Assembly (NCBI RefSeq): GCF_009914755.1
Contig: NC_060933.1
Reading direction: 5' to 3' (one strand)
Source: the human T2T-CHM13v2.0 reference genome, Homo sapiens
Length of the DNA: 64,000 nucleotides
Notes under the pieces: generated by a model
What the model was told of the DNA's origin: nothing
The model's database searches: none
What the model saw: the letters and a program-made list of their open reading frames with translations, nothing else
Position numbers and translations under genes: made by a program
Shown: positions 1 to 15,935 of the stretch, piece after piece
Numbering within the stretch: position 1 is the first letter of the stretch
How the letters are laid out: every line of letters begins with the position of its first letter

Positions 1-171
1 AATGGCTTCTTGACCTACTTTCCTCTCCAAAAGTGCATACAAGTTCATACTAAACTGATTCATTTCTTCTATTTCACATGTAATATGGAGTTGAAACCCT
101 TTATCTCTGCTCTTAACAGAGTAGATTGGTTGCAGTTTCTTGGGTGCAGGAATGAAAAAATGAGTACATTT

Positions 172-361
172 GCCTCAGCCTCCCATGTAGCTGGGACTGT
201 ATAGGTGCATGCCACTACACCTGGTTAATTTTTGTATTTTTTGGTAGAGATGGTGTATCACCCTGTTGGCCAGGTTTGTCTCGAACTTCAGACCTCAAGA
301 GATCTGCCTGCCTTGGCCTCCCAAATTGCTGGGATTACAGGCATAAGTCACTGCGTCTGGC
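172..361 (-). mobile_element. Alu (partial)
   Basis: Alu consensus, antisense. Confidence 0.85.
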
Positions 362-403
362 TTGGGGGAGTTACTGTTGAAGTATTGTCTTTGTATCCCA
401 AAG

Positions 404-463
404 AAGGCCCTTCTGAAACTGATGATGTTGATGAAAAACTCCTTCTACTGAAGTCTTTGCAAT
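404..463 (+). pseudogene. GTF2I: GTF2I exon-10-like fragment (60 nt)
   Basis: aag|..GPSETDDVDEKLLLLKSLQ|gtataa versus recalled TFII-I GPSETDDVDEKQPLSKPLQ; same 60-nt length. Confidence 0.8.
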
Positions 464-1049
464 GTATAATCTTTTCACTTCCATTTTCCTACATACTGTT
501 TCTATTGGTTCCTTGTATTCCACAGACTGTGTTTTAGTATTTATAAGTATAGTGTTCCTTTTCTATGTGGAAAAGGGAAAATGTATTGGCCTTTTTTTAA
601 CATATAAATGAACTTCACAAGCAACAATTTTTCAAATCAGTTTTCCCTGTTGTGAATCTCGAAGTGGGTACATGATGCACTTTCCCATTTAAGGTAAAGT
701 ACACATTTATCCCTTATCTCAGAATAGTCAGAAGTCAGGTTCTTATTGTATGGTTAGTAATGCAAATATTGATAAGGTCATGTCAATACTTAGTATTTAG
801 AAGAATTCTGAAACAGCACTTGTTACTCTGTAAGTTTTATGCATTTATTACTTTTTTTGAATTTTTTATAATGTTCCCAAACTTGACTCTCTCATAGGCT
901 ATTAGTAATAGGTTTTACTTCTATCTCTTGTGGCCTCAAGTACACAAGATGTATTTTCTTTAGATTTAGCATATAATATAAATTCAATTGTTTATTTCAG
1001 ATTTTGAAAGAACAAAGAGGAACTACAGAATCATTGCTTACATTGACAC

Positions 1050-1434
1050 CGGCCCTATTGTCCCAATGGATGGGTTTTTTTTGGATCAATGTCAAAATTG
1101 ACCCTGCTGTTAAAGCTTGAAACTTGGATCTGTTGTATCTGAGTTCTCTCCTCAAAAAAAAGACCTTCAGGAAGTATCAGATAACTGAAACATACCAGAT
1201 CACAGCACCACATGCCTCCTGCCCCTCCCTAATTTCTGTTCTCTTATACATTGTTAAATTTCTTTCCTGCCCCTATTAGTCAAGCCCATGGATTTGAGAC
1301 TGAGCTCCCAGCTCCTGGGCTGCAGCACCAGGTTAAAGCTTTCTTCCTTGGCAGTACTTGTCACCTCAGTGACTGGCTTTTTCTCCGATGAGCAGGAGGA
1401 CCTGGACGAAACCCCTGGTGTTTGGGTAATAACA
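1050..1434 (+). mobile_element. ERV1-type solo LTR (MER39-like)
   Basis: gatttgagactgagctccc...aaagctttcttccttggcagtacttgtc...aaacccctggtgtttgggtaataaca. Confidence 0.6.
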
Positions 1435-2712
1435 TGAATGACCATCTTAACTGTTATTCTTTATTGAAATTTTACTTTTTAACTACTGGCCTCTTGTTCA
1501 TTATCTCCCATTCTTTTGACCTCATATCTCTTTTTTCATTGACTTTACAGTCAAGGAACTTGATGCTCCCTAAATCCAAATATTACGGTTAAAAGAAGAG
1601 AGAGGAAATGTGTGCAGAGAAAGTGTATTTTACAAATGAATTAAAGATGGATTCTGAGATACAGGTTTATAGATTTACCTAGAGTTTTGAGTTCAGGTGA
1701 GTTTTCACAATATGCAGTAAGTGGAAAAGAATCCCAAAATAATTGTGACATGAAAAAACTAGATGTTGAAAACCAAAAAGATTTCACTTTGGTATGGCAC
1801 TTTTAATTCAAGAATACTAGCCACCAAATGAGTTTTTCTGACTGTAATCATTGCTCTTTAAAAATTAAGAGATGTATTTATAACTTTTGTTTGACTTTTA
1901 GTACAGCTTCTGAATTGAGTTATCAATAGATAGGACAAAATAGATGAGCATCTGCTTCCCTTCCCCCTAAACAATGTATTCTTACCGAAATGTAATATAT
2001 TTTTATTTATACTTGAAGACAGTGTTTTTCAATCTTTTCCATGTTAGTAGCTCAGATCTTTAAGGACAGAGGATGTGTACTGGGGGCAGTTTGTGGTCTT
2101 AATCCTAAGTGGCACTCTGATATTTTAGATTATTTCTTTCATATTTGTGAGTAAAACTTCTGCTCCAGTAGGATGAGCCTGTTTACCTTGTGACTGCCTA
2201 ACAGATCTGTTGCTTTATATGCCAGTTTTTAGAAGCAGGCAGATTACATTACCTGGATTAAAATGTTTTTGACACTAAAGGCAGTATCTTAAATTTTTAC
2301 ATATGAGTTACTTTAAGTACAACTTTGCTTAAATTATGGGGATCGAGTTTCCATAACTTTCACCATAGTGAAAATGGAAAGCAGGGAACATTCCACAGCA
2401 AATCCTGAGCTTATTTACAGAGTTAATTGAGCAAAGCAAGCATTCACACTTGTGTGTGTGTTAGTGACAGATGAGCATGGTACTTGAAGCATAATTGTGC
2501 TGCTTAAGATTCCGATATATCCAGTAATTTTATCATGTAGCTAGAGTAACTAATATTAAGTCCCCAAGCCTACTTGGGTCTACTGTATTTGTATTTTAAA
2601 AGAATGTTTTTAAGCTACCAAATAGACATGTTATATATTTCTTCTGAATTAGAAAACATTATTTGGATTAATAGAGTTAATAGAATCATATTTTATGTTT
2701 ATTATGTCTTTC

Positions 2713-3005
<293 letters not shown>

Positions 3006-3102
3006 CTATTATGTCTTAAAAGTGCTTGCATCGTCACCTAGATTATTTTTTATCTTTCAATGTGAGTTTTTATTGGTTTATATGTTGTTTGTTTTTTTTT
3101 AG

Positions 3103-3168
3103 GAAGCTATCATTCTTTAGAGGGCAATGACCAAACAGTACCAGCAGAAATTGAAGTACCAGCAGAAG
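3103..3168 (+). pseudogene. GTF2I: GTF2I exon-11-like fragment (66 nt)
   Basis: poly-T tag|SYHSLEGNDQTVPAEIEVPAE versus recalled GSHHSSEGNEGTEMEVPAE; donor reads gctaag (non-canonical). Confidence 0.75.
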
Positions 3169-3219
3169 GCTAAGAAGATTAGGAGAAAAAGACATTTTGT
3201 ATTTTACTGTTTTTCTCTT

Positions 3220-3493
3220 TTAGACGGAGTCTTGCTCTGTCACCAGGCTAGAGTGCAGTGACATGATCTCGGCTCACTGCAACCTCTGACTCCCTGGTTC
3301 AAGTGATTCTCCTGCCTCAGCCTCCTAAGTAGCTGGGATTATAGGCACACACCACCACATCCAGCTATTTTTTGTATTTTTGGTAGAGACCAGGGTTTCA
3401 CCATGTTGGCCAGGATGGTCTCAATCTTTTGACCTCCTGATCCACCCACCTCGGCCTCCCAACATGCTGGGATTACAGATGTGGTCGCTTGGC
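3220..3493 (-). mobile_element. Alu between GTF2I exon-11 and exon-2 segments
   Basis: Alu consensus, antisense. Confidence 0.9.
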
Positions 3494-3778
3494 CACCTCC
3501 TCTTGGGAGAAATGCACTGATTCTGGTTACCACGTGGATTTATTTTGGGAGTGATATTCATCTAACTTCATGGAAATAATACTAGATAGAAAGTTAGCGG
3601 ATGAATTCTCTATCTGATGAGAGTTTTGGGCAAATCGAATACCAAGTTACCAAGTTTTGTTTTTTTCTCTGATGCAAAAAAACAATTTGCCAGCCGGTGA
3701 AAAACTCTCACAGCTCTGGATGTGAGTTTAGGATACTGGATTTCTACCATTCAATTTCTTACTACTTTTCTTGCACAG

Positions 3779-3930
3779 GGATCATGGCACAAGCTGCAGT
3801 TTCCACCCTGCCCATTGAAGATGAGGAGTCCATGGAAGATGAGGAGTCCATTGAAGATGAGTCTGTTGAAGATGAGTCCGCAGAGAGCAGGATGGTGGTG
3901 ACATTGCTCATATCAGCTCTTGAGTCCATG
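3779..3930 (+). pseudogene. GTF2I: GTF2I first-coding-exon (exon 2) copy A
   Basis: cag|GGATC ATG(3784) [49 protein letters not shown]|gtgaga versus [38 protein letters not shown]. Confidence 0.88.
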
Positions 3931-4194
3931 GTGAGACCTTCTGTTCTAACATTCTGTAATTGGGTAGTACTGGGTGGTAGATAAGGTTGATTTGTTTTTG
4001 TAGAATTTATAATTTTATGATTTATAGTTCTAATGAGTAGATCTTTTTCTTGAATAGTAGTTATGGTCAAACACTTCTGACCAAATGTGCCATGTTGTCC
4101 AGCCTGGTCTCAAAATTTGGGGCTCAAGAGACCTGCCCACCTTGGCCTCCCAAAATACTGGGATTACAGGTGTAAGCCCCTGAATCTGGCCAGA

Positions 4195-4500
4195 TATTTT
4201 TCTTTGTATGGCTGAATAATACTCTGTGTATGTATATATTACATTTTCTTTATCCATTGTTGGTTCTACCTTTTGGCCACTGTGAATAATGCTGCTGTTA
4301 AACGGGTGTGCAAATACCTGTTTGAGTCCCTGCTCTCAGTTATTTTGGGTATATACACTTAAAGGGTGTTGGTGGATCATATAATTCTGTGCTTAATATT
4401 TTTAAGGAGCTGCTAAACCATTTTCCACAGTGGGCTGTACCATTTTACATTCCAAAAGGCAATGCATACAGCTTCCAATTTCTCTATAGCATTGCTGACA
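4195..4500 (-). mobile_element. Old L1M fragment
   Basis: ggctgaataatact...gtgaataatgctgct...ccattttccacagtgggctgtaccattttacattcc. Confidence 0.75.
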
Positions 4501-4678
4501 GTTAATGTTTTCTGTTTATGTACTGTATTTTTATAGTGTTTGAAATTAATCTGAGGGTTTTTGCTGATACCAAAATATTAGGAAAGGTTTTCCAAAAATA
4601 ATACTGCGTATTATAAAGAATTTTATGTGTTACTTGATGCCCTGTGATCTATTTTCTCAGTAAGAAGAGGAACTTCTC

Positions 4679-4978
4679 GGCTGGGCGCAGCAGCTCATGC
4701 CTGTAATCCCAGCACTTTGGGAGGCCAAGGCAGATGGATCACAAGGTCAGGAGTTCAAGACCAGCCTGGCCAACATAGTGAAACCCAGTCTCTACTAAAC
4801 AAACAAACAAACAAAAATTGGCTGGGTGTGGTGGCGGGCACCTCTAATCCCAGCTACTCAGAAGGCTGAGGCAGAGAATTGGTTGAACCTGGGAGGCGGA
4901 GATTGCAGTGACCGAGATTGCACCACTGCACCCAGCCTGTGTGATAGAGTGAGACTCCATCTCAAAAAAAAAAAAGGA
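4679..4978 (+). mobile_element. AluS with TSD
   Basis: TSD aagaagaggaacttctc at 4662-4678 and 4979-4995. Confidence 0.93.
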
Positions 4979-5137
4979 AAGAAGAGGAACTTCTCTCCGT
5001 CCAACCTCATTCCACTGCACCAACTCTTCTGTGTCGGGTTGTGCAGGGGAGAAAGGGAGCTTGGCACCTCTTTGCTGTGTTGAGTTGTGGTAGCCCATCA
5101 CTGGGTTGTAAAGTGCATTGCCTCCTTCCCCCCCCCC

Positions 5138-5422
5138 TTTTTTTTTGAGACAGAGTCTCACTCTGTCACCGAGGCTCAGATGCAGTGCTGAGATCTCTGC
5201 TCACTGCAACCTCAGCCTCCTGGGTTCAAGCAATTCTCCTGTCTCAGCCTCCCAAGAAGCTGGACTATAGGCACGTGCCTCCACACCTGGCTAATTTTTT
5301 TTATTTTTAGTAGAGACGGTATCACCATGTTGACCAGGCTGGTGTTGAACTCCTGACCTCAAGTGATCTGCCCACCTTGGCCTCCGAAAGTGCTGGGGTT
5401 ACAGGCATGAGACACTGAGCCC
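5138..5422 (-). mobile_element. Alu
   Basis: Alu consensus, antisense. Confidence 0.9.
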
Positions 5423-5624
5423 ATCCACCTCCTCTTTTACTTGGGAGAAATGCACAGATTCTGGGTGCCATGTGCATTTGTTTTGGGAGTGATACTGATC
5501 TAACTTATGGAAATAATACTAGATAGAAAGTTAGTGGATGGATTCTCTATCTGATGAGAGTTTTGGGTAAAACAAATTCCTAGTTTCTGAGTCTTATTTT
5601 TCCCCTGATTCAAGAAAACTGTGA

Positions 5625-5891
<267 letters not shown>

Positions 5892-5977
5892 TAAGGTTGA
5901 TTTATTTTTGTAGAACTTACAATTTTATGATTTTCAGTTCTAATGAGTAGACCTTTTTCGTGAATAGTAGTTATGGT

Positions 5978-7925
<1,948 letters not shown>

Positions 7926-7935
7926 CTGTGTCCAG

Positions 7936-8295
7936 CAATCACAAGAGGTCTTTATAAGTGAAAGAGGGAGGTAAGAGAGTCAGAATTGAAGGAGATTTGA
8001 TGATGGAAGCACAGGTAACAGAGGGAGATTTGAATATGCTTTGCTTCTGGCTTTGAAGATGCAGTTAGGGGCCATGAGCCAAAGAATAGGGGTGGCTTTC
8101 GGAACTGGGAAAGGCAAGGGAACACCTTCTCTCTGGAACCTCCAGAAGGGATGCAGTCCTGCTGACACCTTGACTTTAGCCTTAATAGACCTATTTTGGA
8201 CTTCTGGCCCCCAGACCTGTTAGGTAGTAGATTTGCGGTGTATTAAGCCACTCAATGTAGGGTAGTTTGTAACAGCAGCAAGAAGAAATGAACAT
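7936..8295 (+). mobile_element. MaLR LTR (MLT1D-like)
   Basis: ggctttgaagatg...cctgctgacaccttgactttagcc...taagccact...tttgtaacagcagca. Confidence 0.8.
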
Positions 8296-8298
8296 GAA

Positions 8299-8590
8299 GC
8301 CAGGGGTAGTGGCCCACACCTATAATTCCAGCTATTTAGGAGGCTGAGGCAGGATGGTTGCTTTGGCCCAGGAGTTCAAGATAAGCCTGGGCAACAAAGT
8401 GATACCCTGTCTACATGGGAAAAAAAAATTAGCGGGTGTAGTGGCATGCACTTGTAGTCTTAGCTACTAGAGGCGCTGAGGCAGGACGATTTTTTGACCT
8501 AGGAGTTCCAGGTCTCAGTGTGTTGTGATCGTGCCATGGTGCCCCAGCCTGAGTGACACAGCGAGATTATATCTTAAAAAAAAAGTAAAA
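8299..8590 (+). mobile_element. AluJ-like
   Basis: Alu consensus with A tail. Confidence 0.85.
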
Positions 8591-8599
8591 AGAAATGAG

Positions 8600-9120
8600 T
8601 GAGCATGGCAGGAATGGGGACACATACCAATATTAAATAGAGTGGTCAGGGTTGGCCTCCTAAGTGAAAATTGAGCAAAGACTTGAAGGAGGGGAAGGAG
8701 CTGGCCAAGGTACTGAGGGAAGAGCATTGTAGGCAGAAACAACAGAATAAAGGTGCTAAGAGGGAACTCCGTGGTGTGTCTGAAGCTCAGGAAAGAGGTC
8801 TGTCGAGTAGAGAGAGGGAGAGAAGGTAGGGGAGGAGGCCAGGGAGTTGTGGGACTCAGATCAGTACAGATTGTGCAAGCCCTGGGAGGCTATTGCTGGG
8901 GCTTTGGCTTTTATGCTGAGATGGGAGATGCGGAAGGGTTCTGAGCAGAGAGGTGACACGAACTGTCTATTGATTTAAAAGCATCCCATGGTGGCTGAGT
9001 TGAGAAAGATTGTGGGAAGATTTGGGTAGAAGCACGGAGGCCAAGCTGTGGCAACATCCAGGTAGGAGATGATAGTGGTTCTGACCAGGGTCCTGGCAAT
9101 GGTGAGAGATGGTTGATTCT
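8600..9120 (-). mobile_element. L2 fragment
   Basis: Purine-rich L2 motifs (gggaagagcattgtaggcaga...ggctttggcttttatgctgag...gaagggttctgagcagagaggtgaca). Confidence 0.6.
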
Positions 9121-9211
9121 TGTTGAGATACTAAGTAATTAAAAAAAAAAACACTACTGCTTTTCCTGATTATATGAAGTATGGGATGCTAGATTAAAGA
9201 CATCTTAAGTC

Positions 9212-9530
9212 GGGCCAGGTGCAGTGGCTTATGCCTGTGGCGTCAGCACTTTGGGAGCACTTTGGGAGGCACAGATGGCACAGATGGGAGAATTGTTCGA
9301 GTCCAGGAGCCTGAGACCACCCTGGGCAACATAGCAAGACCTCCTGTCTATGCAAATAAAAATTAATAAAATATAATTATCATGGGATAGTGGTATTTTC
9401 CTGTAGAACCAGTTACTCTGGTTGTCGAGGTGGGCAGATCTCTTGAGGGTGGGAGTTTGAGGCCAGCTTGGGCAACATAGCAAGGCTCCTCTTTCTACAA
9501 AAAAAAAAAAATTATCTGGGTGTTGTGGTC
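9212..9530 (+). mobile_element. Two truncated Alu monomers (9212-9365, 9424-9530)
   Basis: Alu left-arm sequence, truncated. Confidence 0.8.
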
Positions 9531-9613
9531 CCAATGAGGGACAGCATTCCTGAGACTTTTTAAGTACTTTGTGTGTGTGTGATGGTCTAATAATCATAGC
9601 CTTAAAACTTTCT

Positions 9614-9895
9614 GGCTGGGTATGGTGGCTCACACCTGTAATCCCAGCACTTCGAGAGGCCGAGGCAGGTGGATCATCTGAGGTGAGGAGTTCGAGACCA
9701 GCCTGGCCAATATATGAAACTCTGTCTCTACTAAAAATACAAAAATTAGCCAGGCATGGTTGCAGCACCTGTAATCCCAGCTACTCGGAAAGACAGGAGA
9801 ATTGCTTGAATCCGGGAGGCAGAGGTTGCAGTGAGCTGAGATGGGCCACTGCACTCCAGCTTGGGCAGCAGAGTGAGACTTGGTCTCAAAGAAAA
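9614..9895 (+). mobile_element. Alu (left arm of inverted pair)
   Basis: Alu consensus. Confidence 0.9.
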
Positions 9896-9954
9896 GTTAT
9901 TGTGATATGCTGTACACATTCACAAATTCAGTGTCTCCCAGAAGTCTGAGATTC

Positions 9955-10275
<321 letters not shown>

Positions 10276-10569
10276 GAAAGTTTTAAGGCTATGATTATTA
10301 GACCATCACACACATACAAAGTACTTAAAAAGTCTCACGAATGCTGTCCCTCATTGGCCTGGTATGACAAAGATAAGAAGTCGGTCGTGAAAATTTCTGA
10401 ATGTGGTTTAGGACAAGGAACCCCAGTAAGATTCAGACACAACCTAGAAAATTGAAAGAAAATTTTACTACTCAAATCATCCTTCTATAAAAAATAATAG
10501 AAGATGTCAAATACGAAAATAAAACTGTCCTCTGGGCCCTCAATTTTCTGTGTTATGGGAGAAGGCAGA

Positions 10570-11220
10570 CAGCTACTCAGCAGTTATATCCCATAAGGAT
10601 GGATAACACTAAAACAACTGACAGCATCAAGTATTGGTTAGAAAGTGGAACTGATTCTCTCAAACATTTTCATTGTAGTTTAAGATGGCATAACCACTTA
10701 GGAAAATGTCTCCCCATTTCATACAATGCCAAATATATACTTATTTTATAACCCAGAAAATCCACTCTTATGTACTTAAACTCAAGAAAAGTGAAAATAT
10801 TATTACAGAAAAAAATGTGTATATCTGATTTGTTCGTAGCAGGTTTATTCATGATAGCCTCAAATCAGAAACTGCTTTTGTGTCTATCAATAGTGGAATG
10901 GATTAAAAACAAAACAAGCAAAGGCCTCAAACCTGTGGTATAGTCATAAAATTGAGTATTACAAAATAAAATTAATGAATAATCAATAGGAGCAAAATGA
11001 TGTGTCACAAGCATGTTTAGTGAGTGAACATAAAAATTATATAATTTATAGTTTCACTTACATAAATGGTGAAAACAGTCAAAACTAACCTTTGGTGGAA
11101 AGAATCAAAACCGTGGAAGCCTCTGTGTTCAAATACTGACTGGAAATGGGCATGAGAAAACGTGTTTCTGCCAGATCTTCTATATGCCTGATGTGCATTC
11201 ACTTGATGTATTTTGCGTAT
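10570..11220 (+). mobile_element. Old L1M(E)-like 3' region
   Basis: Degenerate L1 ORF2-end/3' UTR motifs (gttcgtagcaggtttattcatgatagcc...tgtctatcaatagtggaatggatt). Confidence 0.6.
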
Positions 11221-12718
11221 ACTATTTTTGCAAATAAAACAGATAAAGACAAAATAACTCAAGAGAAAATAGGTAGAAATAGGTAGAGTTGGGATAGAAG
11301 CCTTGGAAGCTCCCCCCGTACCTTGCCCACCTGGCACAGGCCGAGGAAGTCCTGGGACAATGCTGTGAGCGACCTGAGGGCCGTCCAGGGGAGCCCCGCC
11401 AGCCCATGCTGGCGCCCGAGCTGCCCGCCGCCATCTGAATATGTTGCAAAGACAGTGCTGGCCTGTCAACCGGTGACGCTCCACGCCCCACCCCGACCCC
11501 CACTTCTACCCAAGTAGCGGCAATGCTAAAGACAGATGCCTGGGTGGCAGCGGTTAAGTCTGGCAGTTGGCCAGGCGGCCAAAGGACGGGAACTGGCCGT
11601 TCACCCCATCCCAGTTCCACAGAGAACTCAACCACTATGGCCCCTGAGCGGACCTTCAGGCCTGGTGGGCTGTGCTCTGTGCCCGCAAACCTGACGCCAT
11701 CCAGGGGAGCTCCGCCTTCCCTCACCAGCGCCTCAGCTGCTGCAGAAAACTGCAAAACTGCAAGTTGCACACGGGCAGAGATGACGGAGCAACCCCCGAC
11801 CCTCCGCGCCACTCACCCTACCTGCACACCTGCCACGCGGACCCTGGGGCGGGTGCCTGGGCGCCCAAGTCAGGCAGTCCGCACAGCAGCGGCACCAGGG
11901 TGAAAACCTGCTGCTCAGTACCATCCCGGTTACCACGAAGAGCCAGCCCCGGCGGCCCTTGCGTTCTTGGAGGAGGCCAAGTCAGAGCAACCCCTCAAGT
12001 GGGCGGGCGATGCACTTGACCCTGAGGACATCAGGTACCAGGCCCGCCAGCTCACGCCGGCATCGGAGCCGCAGCTGCAGTCTAGACGTGGTGCACTGGC
12101 AGCAAGTGACTGGACACTCCAGACCAGGCCCGCCCCGCAGTAGCGTGGATCCTGAGGCCAGACCCCCAGGCGGCAAAATCAGGCAACCGGCCCCGCCAGC
12201 AGCCGCTGTTTCATCCGTGTGGATACAGAGTGCCCAGCGCCAGGGCCCAGGATCCAGAAAGATGTCCAAGAGGAGCGGACGTTGAGGCCAGGTGGGCTGT
12301 GCGCTCGGCGGCCCTGAGGCCATCCAAGGGAAGCTCCGCCATCCTGCGCCAGTGCCAGATCTGCAGCTGCAAACCGCGCGTGTGGCACTGGCAGCAGTGA
12401 GGGCGGGTGGGGGAAGGAGCAGCCCCTGACTCTGCCTCCATCCCTCTCCAGCTACCTGACACTAGCCACACAGACTCCAGGGCCAGAGCCTCAGCGTTCA
12501 GCCAGACAATCCGCGAAGCCACTCAGGTGGCCGCGGAGTGCCCTTGCCAGCACCCTATCTCCCTTCCGAGGAGGAGCGGGGTGGGCTGCAAGGCCAGACA
12601 GGCCCTCCTTCTCAGGCCTGGCTGGCTGCGCGCCTGCGATCCTGGGGCCGCCCGGGCGATCCCAGGAGAACCGGCGAGCCCATCGGCGCCTGCCCAGAGC
12701 TGCAGCCCCACCTGCCGG

Positions 12719-12830
12719 CACGCGCCGCCAGGGAGCGTCTTCGGGGAGCCGGGCAGCAACCGCGGTGCAGGCGCGCGCCACCAGGGAGCGTCTTCCGGGA
12801 GCCTGGCAGCAACCGCCGTGCAGGCGCGCG
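12719..12830 (+). repeat. 53-bp tandem duplication in promoter
   Basis: ccagggagcgtcttc..ggagcc.ggcagcaaccgc.gtgcaggcgcgcg starting at 12728 and 12781. Confidence 0.9.
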
Positions 12831-13085
12831 CCCAACGGCTTTGCGAGGCTCACTCGGTCTGAGAGGTCGGAGGCTGCGAGTGTTGCTGCTGAAGGCTGTG
12901 GTGGACTGGGCTGGATCGAGGATTGTGGAGTAGATCATAGATTTGAAATAGCGGATTTGGGGTTGTATCGGGGCTTTGGGGTTGGATAGGGGATTTGGGG
13001 CTGGGTCGGCCGGGGTCGGGGAGGCGGGTGGTGAAAAGGTGACAGGGAGCTGCCCTCGCTCAAGAGCCGGTGGTTGGGGGTCTGA

Positions 13086-13304
<219 letters not shown>

Positions 13305-13651
13305 TAGCGGGGGGCTCAGCCTGGGGTGGGAGGGGGCCCCCAGGCCCGGCTTCCCCGCAGACCCTGGGACGGAGCCTTGCAGGTCGCTGGGCACCCTCGG
13401 AGGGGCGGAGCCAAATGGACTCTCAGCTGTTTTCCATCCCTCATAATTCCCTGGCTGGAGCAGTTGGAGAATTTGAGTGATTTAACTCACAAAGTTAAGC
13501 ATATACAGCGTTGTTATTTTTAACGTACACGTTTAAAACATGGTTTATATACATTATAGGGGGTGCCTAATGAGAGAACTCGTTCCCCTATCAAAAATAC
13601 CGTGAGTTATTTCAGTGGGCGAGAAGTTCTCAGATAAGAGAGCTTACTTGA

Positions 13652-14115
<464 letters not shown>

Positions 14116-15935
14116 CACATGAGATGAAAAGTACATCTTCATTTTACAGGGAATTCTTTCAAATCAAATCTTCAAACACTCTAAAAGTGGGCAAAGTACC
14201 TTTTTCCAGATCTACAAATTACTTATATACATAGGAAAAAATCCTTCGCATTTCTGGTATAAGAATTTAAACTAAAAGAGGAATGAAACAGTTTTCTATC
14301 CACAATATTTGTGAGGATGTTTTATACTGCTGCTTAAAGTTTAAGTTGCTGATTACTTTTCAAAGTACTCATTTGAAAATGGTAAGTACTACATTTAAAA
14401 AATGTGTATGCCCTTTACCCACGAATTCCATTATACTAAAATACCCTTAGGAAATAAAGATACATGCACTTTATTTTTCACAGTACTTACTTTAAAAAGA
14501 ACCCATAGAATGGATCCTATAAATAAATTTCAGTTGCATCCATAGGATGGAATAATATGTGACCACTGAAGGTAGCAATAGATACAGAAGTACGTTGATG
14601 TGCAAAGATGTATTTTGTTATAGCTAGCAAGGAGAAAAAATTAGTTAAATTATACATACACAAACATACTATGGTCTTGTTTTAGCAAAAATATGTACAA
14701 AATATAAAATTTGTAATTTCTGAGCATTTGTATTTTAAGTAAAGTTTTTTTCCTTTTTCTTATCTGTGATTGCTGCAGTGAGTACAAAACTTCTAGTAAA
14801 AGTTTATTATTAATGGAATAATCCTTGGGAAGAGAGGAATATGAATCTTGCGCTGATGAAAATAATTTCTCACTTTCTATTTTTTATCATTATTGTGTGT
14901 GTTGTTATCTTCTTTGAGCTTTTAGCCTCTTCAGAAGTAAAAAGGGAATGTTTTTATCTGTTTCCAGATTTTATTATCTATATATTATGTACATATGTTT
15001 TTCTTATATACTCATTCATTTATGCAAACAAAGATAGATTAATCATTTCAATTTAATTGTATTCTTTAAAAATAAAATAACACATATAAATAATTATTAT
15101 TGCAAAAATATTGCTTTATAGGAGTTTATTTAAAAATATTGAACTCCCCAACTGTATTTATCCATTCTTTCATTCCATTTATGGATCAAGCATAACCTGA
15201 GTACCTGCTATGTAGCAGACATATTCTACCATCTCTCAGGACCCGTCCATCCTTAAACACTTCATGTTTACCTGCCCCGCCTGCACAAGCTGAGAGATTT
15301 AAAATAGGAATATTGGGACTTAATCTCCTTGAAACTTTATCTCCCACCTTTCAAACAAAAGCATTTCTGAAGTTAGAAAATAGTAGAAGATAACCTTTAA
15401 CTGCTCTTTCGAAAGTTTATCAGTCTTAAATACTAATATTAATCATTGGAAAGTCTTATTTGCATATATTCTCTAAGTATAAATATTGAATACAGTGAGC
15501 CATATGTATTCATTTGAATCATGAGTTTCCTTTGGCTTCAAGTTGTTTGAAAATCAAAGAATTAATTTGTTTAAAAAATGCATTATTGTTATTTCAGTGC
15601 TCTTTCCCCATAGTACCTTTAAGAACTAAAATGTATTTAAGTTTCAGTTGCATGCCTAGAACTGCCCTAGACCTGCTGAGTATACCATATTCTACTTAAT
15701 GTAAGGTCTCATGGATTGCGTGATGCCCCGCTATTTTATATATCAATAAGATAATTTTTAAAATGCTACCAATTATAGTTATAACAAATCATGAATTATA
15801 AGTGGCATTCCAATGTCAGAGGTGTTAAAATGTGACCTACTCATTAAGTCATCCTGCAAAGTAGGTATAACTGTATCATTCTACCTAATTAAAATGGTTT
15901 TGTTAAGTAGTAGTAATAGTAATAATTATTATATC

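Noticed and set aside
3762-4070. Ser-rich minus-strand ORF (and its twin at 5702-5887)
   Set aside because: Antisense shadow of the GTF2I exon-2 copies.
11310-12700. A named divergent lncRNA or retrogene in the CpG island
   Set aside because: No recognisable protein homology, poly(A) tail or TSD; transcription cannot be inferred from sequence.
11017-12989. Many overlapping 100-196 aa ORFs on both strands
   Set aside because: Expected in GC-rich, stop-poor CpG-island DNA. No recognisable domain; mutual similarity is explained by the DNA repeats.
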